DNA of 64,000 nt, from the NCBI GenBank assembly GCA_963678065.2, contig CAXXVZ010000003.1:2112001-2176000 (forward strand), in the 5' to 3' direction. The notes beneath the pieces were generated by a model, which was not told the origin of the DNA, did no database searches, and saw nothing but the letters and a program-made list of their open reading frames with translations. Position 1 is the stretch's first letter, and each line of letters starts with the position of its first letter. Of the stretch, positions 39,826-55,261 are shown piece after piece. The position numbers and the translations under genes are program-made. This stretch comes from Treponemataceae bacterium. GTDB lineage: Bacteria; Spirochaetota; Spirochaetia; Treponematales; Rectinemataceae.

Positions 39826-39901
39826 GTGGCACGAAGACCGATTCGAAGTCTATAATCACTTTTCCCAAGCTGACATACACTAGTTGATCGCGGGTTTTGT
39901 T

Positions 39902-42028
39902 TCAAGTCCCAGAAATGGAAGGCGGCGCGGGCTCGAATCTGAAAAACCGCGCCTGGAAGACGGCCCTGCCCTCAGTCGCCGACCGCAACTCCGTTGCGAA
40001 GCCGAAAAGGACCCGCATCGGGGCTGCCGCTGCTATGCTTTTCCCACCCTGGACATCGTCCACCGATTCCAGCCGCCCCCCCCTCGATGTGATGGCGGCG
40101 GCAGTCGCGCCAAAAAAGGCTTCGGGCACTTCGACCTCGACCCTCATCACCGGCTCCAGGAGAATACCCTTCGCGTGACTCGTACAGTATCGGCCACAGA
40201 GAGAAGCCGCAGCCTCAACTGCAACTTCGGCGAGGCGGCCCGAACCCGTCGGAACCTGGACATCGCGTATCGTTGCCCGGATGTCGTCGAGCGGGTGACC
40301 GGATACCGGCCCCGCCGAAAGTGCGGACGACAGACCCTTCCGCGCGGCTTCGATCCAGACAGCGGGTATCCTGAGACCCGGCGCAGCCTCGATGAGCATG
40401 CCAGATCCGCGGGGACCGGGTGCGAGTTCAGCCTCGACGGCAGTCCGCATCCTCTCGCCGCCGATATCCCTGTCGAATTCTTCGCGATGAGAGACTGCAA
40501 CAGTCAAGGTCTCCCGGTAGGCAACACGCGGATTCCCCGTCCTGATGCGCGCACCGTACTCGCGGGAGAGACGCTCGATAGCCACCTCGAGGTGAAGTTC
40601 GCCAAGGCCCGACAGTTCGTAACGCCCGGTCTGCGGGTCCTCGAAAACCCGGAGGGCGGAATCCTCCGCCACGAGGGCCTCGAGGGCTGATCCTATCTTG
40701 GCCGTGTCGGAAGCCGTGCGCGGCTCGATCACAACAGAAACCACCGGCTCGGGAACCCGCATGGACTCGTACAAAAGGGGATGTGCGGGGTCGCAGAGAG
40801 TCGCTCCGGAACCGCCTACGGAAGGAGCGCCGGAAAGCGAGAGGGCGACGATATCGCCGGCTGCGGCCTCCGGAGTCTCTTCCAGCTTGTCGGCCTGGAT
40901 GCTGAATATTTTTTTTGTGCGGACAATGACTTTGGATTGCGAGTCGAGGATGCGCCCGCCGGCCTGCAGACTGCCCGACCAGACTCTCGTCCAACAGAGC
41001 CTGCCGTTCTGTGGATCTGAACTTGTCTTGAATACGAGTGCTGAAAACGACTCATGGCGGTCCGGCCGCCTGCGGACCTTGCTCCCTGTTTTCGGTTCCA
41101 CTCCCTCAGGCGTGGCCGCCTCGAAAGGAGAGGGAAGAAAGTCTCTGACGGCATCGAGAAGAAGCATGGCGGGAAGATCCCTGAACGCTGTCCCACAGAG
41201 GGCCGGAACAAGGCTGAGGGATAGTGTCGCCCTCCTCAAAGCCACAAGAATCCTCTCCGGGGAGACCGTCGCTCCTGTCAGGAAGTCCTCCATGATGGAG
41301 AGATCGTGGTCGGCGAGTTTTTCGACAAGAAACGAGCGCAGTTTTTCGGCTCGAGGCAGAAGATCCTCCGGTATTGCGCACGGAAGCTCGGCTGGCGCGT
41401 CTCCTCTTTCTCGACCTGATGGCAAAGGCGGAAGGTCTTCGGAGAATCTGCGGGCGTCCATGCGGATGAGATCGATAATTCCCTTGAAGGACTCGCCCTC
41501 GCCCCAGGGCATCTGGACGGCCACGACACCCGGCTCTACGCCGGAACGGAGATCATCAAGAACAGACAGGAAATCAGCCCCCCTCCGGTCCATCTTGTTC
41601 ACGAATACGAGCCTTGGGAGACCGGATTTTGCGCAGGCCGCGATGAGCACCTCTGTCCTCGACTGGACCCCCGCGACACCGCAGACCGCCAGAACAGCGC
41701 CATCGAGGGCACGGATCGACCTGTCCACCTCGGCGCCGAAATCTACATGTCCGGGCGTATCGATGAGATGGATGAAACAGCCTTTCCAGCCAAGATTGAC
41801 CGAAGCGGCTTTGACGGTGATTCCCCTCTCCCGCTCAATATCGAGATAGTCGGTAGCCGTCGTGCCCTCATCGACACCCCCGGCTACGGGGCGGAGTCCG
41901 GCCACATGGAGCAGCCTTTCGGTGAGCGAGGTTTTTCCCGCATCGATGTGGGCGAGTATACCGATATTCCTGACGGCATCGAGAGGGGCAGAGCCTGAGT
42001 TTTCGGATCCGGAAGTTTCGGGAGCCAT
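39902..42028 (-). CDS. Divergent elongation factor G paralogue (EF-G2-like)
   Basis: AHIDAGKTS, RERGITV, DTPGHVDF, NKMD, GLGELHLE, LLEPVM, FGFATELRS; occupies the fusA slot but domain IV loops are divergent. Confidence 0.85.
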   Translation of the reverse strand: MAPETSGSENSGSAPLDAVRNIGILAHIDAGKTSLTERLLHVAGLRPVAGGVDEGTTATDYLDIERERGITVKAASVNLGWKGCFIHLIDTPGHVDFGAEVDRSIRALDGAVLAVCGVAGVQSRTEVLIAACAKSGLPRLVFVNKMDRRGADFLSVLDDLRSGVEPGVVAVQMPWGEGESFKGIIDLIRMDARRFSEDLPPLPSGRERGDAPAELPCAIPEDLLPRAEKLRSFLVEKLADHDLSIMEDFLTGATVSPERILVALRRATLSLSLVPALCGTAFRDLPAMLLLDAVRDFLPSPFEAATPEGVEPKTGSKVRRRPDRHESFSALVFKTSSDPQNGRLCWTRVWSGSLQAGGRILDSQSKVIVRTKKIFSIQADKLEETPEAAAGDIVALSLSGAPSVGGSGATLCDPAHPLLYESMRVPEPVVSVVIEPRTASDTAKIGSALEALVAEDSALRVFEDPQTGRYELSGLGELHLEVAIERLSREYGARIRTGNPRVAYRETLTVAVSHREEFDRDIGGERMRTAVEAELAPGPRGSGMLIEAAPGLRIPAVWIEAARKGLSSALSAGPVSGHPLDDIRATIRDVQVPTGSGRLAEVAVEAAASLCGRYCTSHAKGILLEPVMRVEVEVPEAFFGATAAAITSRGGRLESVDDVQGGKSIAAAAPMRVLFGFATELRSATEGRAVFQARFFRFEPAPPSISGT

Positions 42029-42058
42029 AATAAGGCTGATTATCCTTCATGCCCGAAT

Positions 42059-42093
42059 AAAAAAGAACCCCGTCCGGAAAGGACGAGGTTCTT
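42059..42093 (-). terminator. Intrinsic terminator after rpsG
   Basis: Minus strand AAGAACCTCGTCC-TTTCC-GGACGGGGTTC followed by TTTTTT. Confidence 0.8.
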
Positions 42094-42213
42094 CTCGACT
42101 AACAAGCGGCAGCATCGTAGATGAACGGATGATCCGGTTCATCTTCCTTGCCAACAGCCCTCACAGGCCTTCTTGGCCGATGCGCGACTGCCAGCGTCCG
42201 GGCGATTTCGACC

Positions 42214-42684
42214 TTACCACCTGTAATGGGCGAAAGCCTTATTGGCTTCGGCCATCTTGTGGGTGTCTTCCTTTTTCTTGACCGCCGTGCCGGTATTGTT
42301 GTAGGCGTCCATGAGCTCGTCGGCGAGCTTGTCCGCCATGGCCTTCCCGGAACGGGCGCGCGTGGCGTTGATGATCCAGCGCATCGCGAGGGCTTCCCTG
42401 CGGATATCGCGGATCTCGATGGGCACCTGATAGGTGGCGCCGCCGACGCGGCGGGATTTTACCTCGACGACGGGCTTGGCGTTGTCGAGAGCCTTGTTGA
42501 ATACGTCGAGGGCGGGAACTCCGGCCTTTTTCTGGAGAATCTCCATCGCGTCGTACACGATGCGCGTGCAAATGGATTTTTTGCCCTGCATCATCATCCG
42601 GCAGACGAATTTGGTTAGGATTACGGAATTGTACTTGGTGTCAGGCAAATGACCCCTGTCGATTGTCTTCTTCTTGCGACCCAT
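42214..42684 (-). CDS. rpsG: 30S ribosomal protein S7
   Basis: [27 protein letters not shown]. Confidence 0.98.
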   Translation of the reverse strand: MGRKKKTIDRGHLPDTKYNSVILTKFVCRMMMQGKKSICTRIVYDAMEILQKKAGVPALDVFNKALDNAKPVVEVKSRRVGGATYQVPIEIRDIRREALAMRWIINATRARSGKAMADKLADELMDAYNNTGTAVKKKEDTHKMAEANKAFAHYRW

Positions 42685-42696
42685 ATTCTGCGCTCC

Positions 42697-43071
42697 TTAT
42701 GCCTTCGGTCTCTTGGCACCGTACTTGGAGCGTGCCTTCTTGCGGTCTTCTACGCCGAGGGTATCCTTGGCTCCGCGGACAATATGGTAGCGCACACCGG
42801 GGAGATCCTTGACACGGCCTCCGCGGATAAGAACCACCGAGTGCTCCTGGAGATTGTGCCCGACTCCGGGAATGTACGCGGTGACTTCGATGCTATTGGA
42901 CAACCTGACGCGGGCTACCTTGCGGAGGGCCGAGTTCGGTTTCTTGGGCGTGACTGTCATGACACGCGTGCAGACACCACGGCGCTGAGGACATTCCTGC
43001 AGGGCGGGGGCTTTAGTCCGCCATACATTGCTTTTGCGACCGAGGCGGATGAGCTGGTTGATCGTCGGCAT
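42697..43071 (-). CDS. rpsL: 30S ribosomal protein S12
   Basis: [25 protein letters not shown]. Confidence 0.98.
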   Translation of the reverse strand: MPTINQLIRLGRKSNVWRTKAPALQECPQRRGVCTRVMTVTPKKPNSALRKVARVRLSNSIEVTAYIPGVGHNLQEHSVVLIRGGRVKDLPGVRYHIVRGAKDTLGVEDRKKARSKYGAKRPKA

Positions 43072-43185
43072 AAATGCTATCGACTCCCTTGTTTGTGCCC
43101 GGATGTCAGCATCATCCTGGCTAAAATCTTGATACGGGACAGTGAATGCTGCCAAGACAGCCGGTGGAGCTGTCCTGAGCGATGT

Positions 43186-43215
43186 ACACTACCCTCCCGC
43201 GCTTTTTCCTGTCAA
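43186..43215 (-). promoter_or_regulatory. Putative promoter of rpsL-rpsG
   Basis: TTGACA-18nt-TAGTGT. Confidence 0.45.
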
Positions 43216-43273
43216 GAGTCCCACCACGGGAATTCGAATTCAATTCCATGTGGCGGAACAAAATTCCAATATC

Positions 43274-47647
<4,374 letters not shown>

Positions 47648-47662
47648 GCTTCGGTCCCTCCC

Positions 47663-50600
47663 TCAGAAAGCGCCTTGCTTTTGGATGATGTCGTCGTCGC
47701 GCTCCGTGAGGGCGATCTGTTTGCCCTTGGAGTCGAAGACCCGGATGTCCAGCGCGAGACCGCGGAGTTCCTGGACCATGACGTTGAAGGCTTCCGGTAT
47801 GCCGGCCGCGGTGTGCGGTTCGCCTTTGACGATGGCCTCGTAAACCTTGGCTCTTCCGGTCATGTCGTCTGACTTGATCGTGAGGAGCTCCTGGAGCGTG
47901 TTGGCCGCACCGTAGGCCTCAAGGGCCCACACTTCCATTTCACCGAGGCGCTGGCCGCCGAACTGAGCCTTTCCGCCCAGCGGCTGCTGGGTGACGAGGG
48001 AGTAGGGGCCGGTGGAACGGGCGTGCATCTTGTCGTCGACAAGGTGGTGCAGCTTGATAAAGTATATGACGCCGACGGTGACCTTGTTCTGGAAGGCTTC
48101 GCCGGTCCTGCCGTCCATGACGGTGGTCTTGGAATTGAAAGGAAGTCCCGCTTCCTTGAGCTTGTCCTCGATCTGTTCCTGCGAAGGAGACTGGAAGACG
48201 TGGCAGGCGTACCATTCGTCGAGAGTGCTCCCTGCCCAGCCGAGCTCGGTCTCCATGATCTGGCCGATGTTCATCCGCGAAGGGACGCCGAGAGGGTTTA
48301 AGCAGATGTCGAGGGGAGTTCCGTCCTCGAGATAGGGCATGTCCTCGACGGGGAGGACACGGGCCACGACGCCCTTGTTTCCGTGGCGTCCGGCCATCTT
48401 GTCGCCTTCCTTGAGCTTGCGCTTGGCGGCGATGAGGACCTTGACCACTTCCTCGACTCCGGGGGACAGGTCGTCGTTGGCGGAGCGCTTGAGGCGCTGG
48501 ACATCGATGATCGTGCCCTCGATTCCATGCGGAACCCTGAGGGAGGAGTCGCGGACATCCTTGGCTTTTTCGCCGAAGATGGAGTTGAGAAGCTTGAACT
48601 CGGGCGTAGTCTCGGTCTCGCTCTTGGGCGTGACTTTCCCGACGAGGATGTCGCCGGCCTTCACCTTGGCGCCGACGCGGATGATTCCCTCGAAATCGAG
48701 ATTATCGAGGCTCTTCTCGCTCGTGTTGGGGATGTCCCTGGTGATCCGCTCCGGCCCGAGCTTGGTTTCGCGGACTTCCGTCTGGAATTCCTTGATGTGG
48801 ATGGAGGTGAACATGTCCTCTTTGACCACGCGCTCGGAGATGAGGATGGCGTCCTCGTAGTTGTAGCCGTTCCAGGGCACGAAGCCGGCGAGGATGTTGC
48901 GGCCGAGGGCGAGCTCGCCGTCGCGGGTGGCGGGGCCGTCCGCGAGAACCTGTCCCTTCATGACCTTCTCGCCTACGCAGACGATGGGCCGCTGGGTGTA
49001 GCAGGTATCCTGGTTGGTCCGCTGGTACTTCACGAGATCGTAGGTGTCGAAGACATCCTTCGACTCGCCTTCGGGGACTATGACAACCTTGTACGCGTCG
49101 ACGAATTTGACGACACCGCCGCGCTTGGCCTTGACGAGGACTCCGGAATCGTAGGCGGTCTTGCGCTCCATGCCAGTTCCGACTCTCGGCGGCTCGGGGA
49201 AGACGAGGGGAACGCCCTGACGCTGCATGTTCGAGCCCATGAGGGCTCGGTTCGCGTCGTCGTGTTCGAGGAAGGGAACGAGAGCAGCGGATACGGATAT
49301 GATCTGTTTGGGGGAAACATCCATGTACTGGAGTTCGTTCGCTGGACGCGTGGTGTAGTCGCCCTGATGCCGGCAGGAGATCGAGGTGTCGAGGAAGTTC
49401 CCTTCGCGGTCGATGCGGGCCGATGCCTGGGCGATGTAGTACTTGTCCTCGTCCATCGCGGAGAGGTATTCGATTTCCTTCGTTGCGATGCCGTTCGCAA
49501 CCTTGCGGTACGGGGTCTCGAGGAAGCCGTATTCGTTGACGGTGGTGTACGTGGCGAGGGAGACGATGAGTCCGATGTTCGGACCTTCCGGTGTCTCGAT
49601 GGGGCACATGCGGCCGTAGTGGGTGTAGTGGACGTCGCGGACTTCGAAGCCGGCCCTGTCTCGGGAGAGGCCGCCCGGTCCGAGGGCGTTGAGACGCCTC
49701 TTGTGGGTGAGTTCAGCGAGCGGGTTGACCTGGTCCATGAACTGGGAGAGCTGGGATGAGCCGAAGAATTCCTTGATGGCCGCGACGATCGGTTTGATGG
49801 ACACAAGATCCTGCGGCCTGATGGTGTCGGTCTCTTTGAGGCTCATGCGCTCTTTGGCGATGCGCTCCATGCGACTGAAGGCGCTCTTCATGACGTTGGC
49901 GAGGAGTTCACCGACGGAGCGGACGCGGCGGTTGCCGAGGTGGTCGATATCGTCGACGTTGGATTCGCCGTAGTAGACCGACATGAGGTACTTCATGCTG
50001 GCGATGATGTCAGTCCTCGTGAGGGTGAACTCTTTTTCCGGGACAGCATAGTCGAACTTCTTGTTGAGCTTGTAGCGGCCGACCTTGCCGAGGTCGTAGC
50101 GGCGGGCCGAGAAAAACATGTTGTTGAGGTCACGCTCGGCATTCTCGACGGTGATGGGTTCGCCGGGCATGAGTGTCGAGTAGACCGCGGAGAGGGCTCC
50201 GGCCCTGGAGGGCTCGTCCTGGTCGGGGTCTTCCTTGACGAGCTTGACGTCCTCGCGCTCGAAGCAGTTGAGGATCATGTCGAAGTGAAGGGAATCGGGA
50301 TGATCGAAGTTGACGACTTCGATCCGGGTTATGCCCGCGTTGGCGAGTTCGTCGATGTCGTGGAGGTGGAGCTTGTCGCCGGCCCTGAAAAGGCGTTTCT
50401 TCTCGCCGTTGAGCTCGGCGTAGACGGGTTTGGCGAGGATGCGGTTGATGGCCTCTTCCTTCTGGTCGCGAAGGAGGCCGATCTCTATGGACTGCGATAC
50501 ATAGAAGGCGCGGATGATGTCTTCGCGGGTCTGGTAGCCGAGAGCCCTGAGGAACATGGTTCCGAGAATGCGCTTCTTGCGGTCGATTTTCGCGTAGATG

Positions 50601-51157
50601 AGTTCTTTCTTCTGGTCGATTTCAAATTCGAGCCAGCTTCCGCGGTAGGGGATTATCCTGGCGGAATACACGCCCTTCTCGTGGCAGAAGATGACGCCGG
50701 GAGAGCGGTGGATCTGGGAAACGACGACTCGTTCGGCTCCGTTGATGATGAAGGTGCCGCGGTCGGTCATGAGGGGAATGTCGCCGAGATAAATTTCCTT
50801 CTGGCGAATTTCACCCGTTTTCTGGAACACGAGGTTTATGCGCGCCTTCAGGGGGATGGAAAACGTCAGCCCCTTCTGCTTGCAGTCTATCTCGGAGTAT
50901 TTCATGGCGGATTCGTCGAGATAGTAGTGTTCGTATTCGAGGAGCATATCTCCGTTGGGGCTTTCGATGGGGAAGGTGGTCTTGAAGACCTCTTCGAGTC
51001 CCAAGGGATCAGGAGTCTGCCCAAGGCGGACCTTGTCGCGCTGGAGGAATTTCTCGTAGGAGGAAACCTGGATGTCGATCAGGTCGGGAAGCTCCATGGC
51101 TTCTTGATAGTCTTTGCCGAAATACCGGCGTTCAATCTTGTTTTCGTTATATGCCAT
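47663..51157 (-). CDS. rpoB: RNA polymerase subunit beta
   Basis: [35 protein letters not shown]. Confidence 0.98.
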   Translation of the reverse strand: MAYNENKIERRYFGKDYQEAMELPDLIDIQVSSYEKFLQRDKVRLGQTPDPLGLEEVFKTTFPIESPNGDMLLEYEHYYLDESAMKYSEIDCKQKGLTFSIPLKARINLVFQKTGEIRQKEIYLGDIPLMTDRGTFIINGAERVVVSQIHRSPGVIFCHEKGVYSARIIPYRGSWLEFEIDQKKELIYAKIDRKKRILGTMFLRALGYQTREDIIRAFYVSQSIEIGLLRDQKEEAINRILAKPVYAELNGEKKRLFRAGDKLHLHDIDELANAGITRIEVVNFDHPDSLHFDMILNCFEREDVKLVKEDPDQDEPSRAGALSAVYSTLMPGEPITVENAERDLNNMFFSARRYDLGKVGRYKLNKKFDYAVPEKEFTLTRTDIIASMKYLMSVYYGESNVDDIDHLGNRRVRSVGELLANVMKSAFSRMERIAKERMSLKETDTIRPQDLVSIKPIVAAIKEFFGSSQLSQFMDQVNPLAELTHKRRLNALGPGGLSRDRAGFEVRDVHYTHYGRMCPIETPEGPNIGLIVSLATYTTVNEYGFLETPYRKVANGIATKEIEYLSAMDEDKYYIAQASARIDREGNFLDTSISCRHQGDYTTRPANELQYMDVSPKQIISVSAALVPFLEHDDANRALMGSNMQRQGVPLVFPEPPRVGTGMERKTAYDSGVLVKAKRGGVVKFVDAYKVVIVPEGESKDVFDTYDLVKYQRTNQDTCYTQRPIVCVGEKVMKGQVLADGPATRDGELALGRNILAGFVPWNGYNYEDAILISERVVKEDMFTSIHIKEFQTEVRETKLGPERITRDIPNTSEKSLDNLDFEGIIRVGAKVKAGDILVGKVTPKSETETTPEFKLLNSIFGEKAKDVRDSSLRVPHGIEGTIIDVQRLKRSANDDLSPGVEEVVKVLIAAKRKLKEGDKMAGRHGNKGVVARVLPVEDMPYLEDGTPLDICLNPLGVPSRMNIGQIMETELGWAGSTLDEWYACHVFQSPSQEQIEDKLKEAGLPFNSKTTVMDGRTGEAFQNKVTVGVIYFIKLHHLVDDKMHARSTGPYSLVTQQPLGGKAQFGGQRLGEMEVWALEAYGAANTLQELLTIKSDDMTGRAKVYEAIVKGEPHTAAGIPEAFNVMVQELRGLALDIRVFDSKGKQIALTERDDDIIQKQGAF

Positions 51158-51301
51158 CCGTCACCCCTCCTGCAGCGCGCGTTTTTGGTGCACGCGGATC
51201 GGTTCGGTCATAACCAGAACTTGCTATATGGCGAGCCGCCTTGAGGACGGCCACACATTTCCTTGTCCAGCCCGCACCCGACCGATCAGGCAGAGTGCGA
51301 C

Positions 51302-51348
51302 AAAAGGTTCCGGGAAGACGCGCGCGCAGGCGCGCGACCCCGGAACCT
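51302..51348 (-). terminator. Putative attenuator/terminator between rplL and rpoB
   Basis: GGTTCCGGG...CCCGGAACC long stem with an inner CGCGCG stem, followed by TTTT on the minus strand. Confidence 0.5.
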
Positions 51349-51421
51349 GAGGGAGCGATCCGGCCGCAAAACCGGATCGCAATCCTTCGAGAGGATACTC
51401 AAAAATAGTCCGAATGCAAAA

Positions 51422-51808
51422 TTATTTGATTTCAACGGCTCCGCCGGCGTCAACAATCTGCTTCTTGATCTTCTCGGCTTCAGCCTTGGGGACATTCTCC
51501 TTGATGGCTTTGTCGCCCGCTTCGACGAGATCCTTCGCTTCCTTGAGTCCGAGGCCGGTGAGGGCGCGGACTTCCTTGATGATGGAGATCTTCTTATCGG
51601 CCGGAACGCCACCCTTGAGAATGACGGTGAACTCGGTCTGCTCTTCGACCGGGGCTGCTGCTGCGGCTGCGGGGCCGGCGGCTGCGGCGACGGGGGCGGC
51701 GGCGGTGACGCCGAACTTGGCTTCCATCGCCTTGACGAGGTCGGCGACTTCGAGAACGGTCATGGATGCGATGGCGTCGAGAATCTGGTCGGTGCTGAGA
51801 GCTGCCAT
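51422..51808 (-). CDS. rplL: 50S ribosomal protein L7/L12
   Basis: KFGVTAAAP hinge, [13 protein letters not shown]. Confidence 0.97.
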   Translation of the reverse strand: MAALSTDQILDAIASMTVLEVADLVKAMEAKFGVTAAAPVAAAAGPAAAAAAPVEEQTEFTVILKGGVPADKKISIIKEVRALTGLGLKEAKDLVEAGDKAIKENVPKAEAEKIKKQIVDAGGAVEIK

Positions 51809-52092
51809 AATTATCTTCTCCTTATAAGAAGTAATCGGTTTCGTCCTCCAGGAGGACGTTCCGCCTCAAGGGGTATCGCCCCTTCGCGGCGGATGGATCG
51901 GGTGGGCGCCTGAATGGCACCTCCCTTTTGCGGCATCCCTTCCGGTCTGCCTTTTGTGGACGGACAGGTACGACAGCGTATCGGAAGCCTGACCGTCCGT
52001 ATCAAGAAACCCGAAAACAGAAGTTCCCGGACTCTTTACCGTCGGCGACTGCATCCTCGGTCTCCCCAAAGAGGCCCCGGACGCGTCACCTA

Positions 52093-52641
52093 TCAGCCCT
52101 GCTGCTGGGCCTTCTGCTCTTCGATAGCCTTGAGGACCCTGACAAGCTTGGTCGGAACGCCATTGAGGGCGTAGACGAGGTTCTGCATGGGGCCGTTCAT
52201 GGCGGACATGAGCATGGAGAGAAGCTGCTTCTTGCCGGGTAACCTGGAGAAGGCCGCAATCTGGACCTCATTCATGAATCCCCTGTCAATAAGTCCGCCC
52301 TTTACCTTGAGCGCGGGGATCTCCTTCGCGAAGTCGAGCATGATCTTGGTCACTTCGTTGGATTCGTCCTTGACGAATGCGACGCCCGTCGGCCCCTCGA
52401 GCACGGGCTCGACGGCCTTGGGATACCCAAGCTCCTCGAAGGCGATGCGGGCAAAGTTGTTCTTGACGACATGGAATTCGGCTTTCTTCGCCCTGAGCTG
52501 CTTGCGCAGGAGGGAAATCTGCTCGACCGTCAGGCCGCGGTATTCCGCGAACACGAAGTCGGCGTTCGCGCCGATTTTGTCCTTGAGCTCGCCGATGGCG
52601 GCGACTTTGGTCGGCTGGACCCTGGTGGCTCTCATTGCCAT
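52093..52641 (-). CDS. rplJ: 50S ribosomal protein L10
   Basis: EYRGLTV, VVKNN, LEGPT. Confidence 0.96.
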   Translation of the reverse strand: MAMRATRVQPTKVAAIGELKDKIGANADFVFAEYRGLTVEQISLLRKQLRAKKAEFHVVKNNFARIAFEELGYPKAVEPVLEGPTGVAFVKDESNEVTKIMLDFAKEIPALKVKGGLIDRGFMNEVQIAAFSRLPGKKQLLSMLMSAMNGPMQNLVYALNGVPTKLVRVLKAIEEQKAQQQG

Positions 52642-52644
52642 ATC

Positions 52645-53331
52645 TTACCTCTTCTCGTTCTGGACGACGGCGATGCGGACGCTCGGGCCCATGGTGGATG
52701 CGAGATAGACCGATGTGATGAACTCGCCCTTCGCGTCGGAAGGCCTCTTGCGCCTGACATCATCGAGAAGTGTGGTGAGGTTTTCGGCGACCTTCTCCGC
52801 TTCCATGGACGACTTGCCGATGGCAAGGTGGATGATGCCGGTCTTGTCAGTGCGGAACTCGGTGCGTCCCTTGCGGAGCTCGGCGAGGGCGGCCTTGAGG
52901 TCGTGGGTGACGGTGCCGGTCTTGGGGTTCGGCATGAGTCCCTTGCGGCCGAGCACCATACCGAGCTTGCCGACATCCTTCATCATGTCGGGAGTTGCGA
53001 CAGCGACGTCGAAATCGAGCCATCCGCCCTTGACCTTCTCGATATACTCCGCGTCGCCTGCGTAGGCGGCGCCGGCTTCGAGGGCTTCCTTGACCTTTTC
53101 AGGCTTGCAGAACACGAGTATCTTCTTCTCGCCGCGGAACTGATGGGGCAAGACGACCGTATCGCGCACCGACTGGCTCTTCTTGAGGTTGAGCTTGACG
53201 TGGACCTCCACAGTCTCGTCGAACTTGGCGAAATGCAGGTCCTTGACGAGAGCGCAGGCGGCCGGAACTTCGAGTTCCTGGCTGCGGTCGTACTTCTTTA
53301 CCGCTTCGATGTATTTTTTGCCGTGCTTCAT
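52645..53331 (-). CDS. rplA: 50S ribosomal protein L1
   Basis: KFDETVE, GLMPNPKTGTVT, STMGP. Confidence 0.97.
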   Translation of the reverse strand: MKHGKKYIEAVKKYDRSQELEVPAACALVKDLHFAKFDETVEVHVKLNLKKSQSVRDTVVLPHQFRGEKKILVFCKPEKVKEALEAGAAYAGDAEYIEKVKGGWLDFDVAVATPDMMKDVGKLGMVLGRKGLMPNPKTGTVTHDLKAALAELRKGRTEFRTDKTGIIHLAIGKSSMEAEKVAENLTTLLDDVRRKRPSDAKGEFITSVYLASTMGPSVRIAVVQNEKR

Positions 53332-53334
53332 ATA

Positions 53335-53766
53335 TCAGAGCTCCGTCTCGACGCCCATGGAACGGGCGGTGCCGGCGATGATCCGCTTCGCAGCCTCGAG
53401 GTCATTCGCGTTGAGGTCGGGCATCTTGAGTTTGGCGATGCCTTCCAGCTTCTCGCGGCTGAGCTTTCCGACTTTCTGCTTGTGAGGAACGCCCGAACCC
53501 TTCTCGATTCCCGCCGCCTTCTTGATGAGCACGCTGGCGGGCGGGGTCTTCAGGATAAAGGTGAAGCTCTTGTCCTGGTAGACCGTGATGATCGCAGGAA
53601 TGATGAGGCCGGCTTCCATACTCTTGGTTCTGTCATTGAACTGCTGACAGAACTGGGGAGAGGAAACGCCGTGGGGACCCAGCGCGGGGCCTACGGGCGG
53701 CGCGGGTGTCGCTTTTCCTGCAGGACACTGCAGTTTGACGATGGCGACAACTTTCTTTTTTGCCAT
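53335..53766 (-). CDS. rplK: 50S ribosomal protein L11
   Basis: [21 protein letters not shown]. Confidence 0.97.
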   Translation of the reverse strand: MAKKKVVAIVKLQCPAGKATPAPPVGPALGPHGVSSPQFCQQFNDRTKSMEAGLIIPAIITVYQDKSFTFILKTPPASVLIKKAAGIEKGSGVPHKQKVGKLSREKLEGIAKLKMPDLNANDLEAAKRIIAGTARSMGVETEL

Positions 53767-53954
53767 AGCCTTCTCCTTTCGTGGTGTACCCGGATCCGTA
53801 CGGTTCCGGGGTAGCGCCCCTCCCTGTTTCAGGAGGAGCTCCCATCTGCGGAGCTATATGCCCTCTATGAGAAGCACGCCGCATCCCTTTCGAGAAACCC
53901 GTGCCGCTGTACAAAGATCATGTTCCGCGGAACGCGCGCCCCGCGGCGCCGGAA

Positions 53955-54512
53955 TCAAACCTTCTCCACCTGGAGGATGTCGACTTCGACGGGGGTCGAA
54001 CGGCCGAAAATTCCGACCATGACCTTGAGCTTGGACTTTTCAACATTGACTTCTTCGATCGTGCCCGTGAACGACTCGAAGGGCCCCTCGATGATCTTGA
54101 CCTGCTCGCCCTGAGAGAAGGTCTGACGCGCACGGACAGAGCGCTCGCCCTTGATCTCGCCCGTCCGCTGAAACACGCCCTTGGCCTCGTCCGAGGATAT
54201 GGGCTGGGGTTTGCGGTTGAGGCTGCCGCCCACAAAACCCGTCACTCCGGTGATCTTGCGGATGCCGGAACAGGCGGCCTTCCAGTTGTCGTCGGGAAGA
54301 TCCATCTCGACGAGAAGATACCCGGGAAGAATCTTGCGGGATGAGGAACGGCGCTTGCCGTCCTTGATGTCGACCACTTCCTCGCTGGGGACTTTTATAT
54401 CGGTGACGACTTCGCGGGAGAGATCCCCGTTGGCCAGCATCATCCGGATTGTCTTCTCTATCTTGTTCTCGTATCCGGAATATACGTGAAGGACGTACCA
54501 GGCTTTTGCCAT
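53955..54512 (-). CDS. nusG: Transcription elongation factor NusG
   Basis: WYVLHVYSGYE, PGYLLV, KOW EGPF, IFGRSTPVE. Confidence 0.97.
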   Translation of the reverse strand: MAKAWYVLHVYSGYENKIEKTIRMMLANGDLSREVVTDIKVPSEEVVDIKDGKRRSSSRKILPGYLLVEMDLPDDNWKAACSGIRKITGVTGFVGGSLNRKPQPISSDEAKGVFQRTGEIKGERSVRARQTFSQGEQVKIIEGPFESFTGTIEEVNVEKSKLKVMVGIFGRSTPVEVDILQVEKV

Positions 54513-54525
54513 GGATTCTCCCGCC

Positions 54526-54708
54526 TTAGCGGAAAACTACTTCAATGCCGGCGACGAGGATAAAATCGATGAGGCCGAGGATGAGAGCCATGGCAATGGT
54601 GGAAACGACGACGACCTTCGTGGAGGCCATGACGTCTTCCTTGCTCGGCCAAACGACTTTGCCGAGTTCAGCATAACAATCTTTGAAGAACTGAATGATC
54701 TTCTTCAT
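54526..54708 (-). CDS. secE: Preprotein translocase subunit SecE
   Basis: ELGKVVWPSKE plus one TM helix; directly upstream of nusG. Confidence 0.94.
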   Translation of the reverse strand: MKKIIQFFKDCYAELGKVVWPSKEDVMASTKVVVVSTIAMALILGLIDFILVAGIEVVFR

Positions 54709-54775
54709 TACGGCTCCTTGCACCGACGCAAAAAAGTGCCAAACTGCTCGCTCGGCACTTGATCATCGAAGGAAA

Positions 54776-54848
54776 CAGGCCAGGTAGGACTCGAACCCAC
54801 AACATCCGGTTTTGGAGACCGGCGCTCTACCATTAGAGCTACTGGCCT
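54776..54848 (-). tRNA. tRNA-Trp (CCA)
   Basis: AGGCCAG/CTGGCCT acceptor stem, CCGGT-CTCCAAA-ACCGG anticodon arm, GTTCGAGT T-loop; 3' CCA not encoded. Confidence 0.96.
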
Positions 54849-54853
54849 ATGTA

Positions 54854-55027
54854 CTACTTGACCTTCGTTTCCTTGTGGAGAGTATGCTTCCGGTCCCACT
54901 TGCAGTACTTCATGAGCTCAAGCTTTTCCTGCATGGTCTTGCGGTTTTTCGTGGTAGTGTAGTTCCGGCGCTTGCATTCAGAACACGCGAGAGCGATAAT
55001 TTCAACAACCTGTTTCTTGGCGGCCAT
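54854..55027 (-). CDS. rpmG: 50S ribosomal protein L33
   Basis: Hand translation [57 protein letters not shown]; not in ORF track. Confidence 0.95.
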   Translation of the reverse strand: MAAKKQVVEIIALACSECKRRNYTTTKNRKTMQEKLELMKYCKWDRKHTLHKETKVK

Positions 55028-55086
55028 TTTTTGGTCCTTTCACGGCACACGGAATATAGTTGCGTGGACCGGGGGTATGCTCGGTG

Positions 55087-55159
55087 AGCCCTCGAACGGA
55101 ATCGAACCGTTGACCTTATCCTTACCATGGATATGCTCTGCCAACTGAGCTACAAGGGC
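55087..55159 (-). tRNA. tRNA-Thr (GGT)
   Basis: GCCCTTG/CGAGGGC acceptor stem, TATCC-ATGGTAA-GGATA anticodon arm, GTTCGATT T-loop; 3' CCA not encoded. Confidence 0.95.
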
Positions 55160-55176
55160 ATTAAGAAAGCGGTGGA

Positions 55177-55205
55177 AATCTATCATCCGGAGAAGCCCGT
55201 GTCAA
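55177..55205 (-). promoter_or_regulatory. Putative sigma70 promoter heading the tRNA-Thr/rpmG/secE/nusG unit
   Basis: TTGACA-17nt-TAGATT with TG at the extended -10 position. Confidence 0.7.
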
Positions 55206-55261
55206 GCCTCCGGAAGGGTTTTTTTGCGCAGCAGGAACCGCGCCACAAGCTTCCACTCACT

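Noticed and set aside
51836..51870. Hammerhead-like stem followed by GAAAC on the minus strand
   Set aside because: The required CUGANGA core is missing 5' of the stem.
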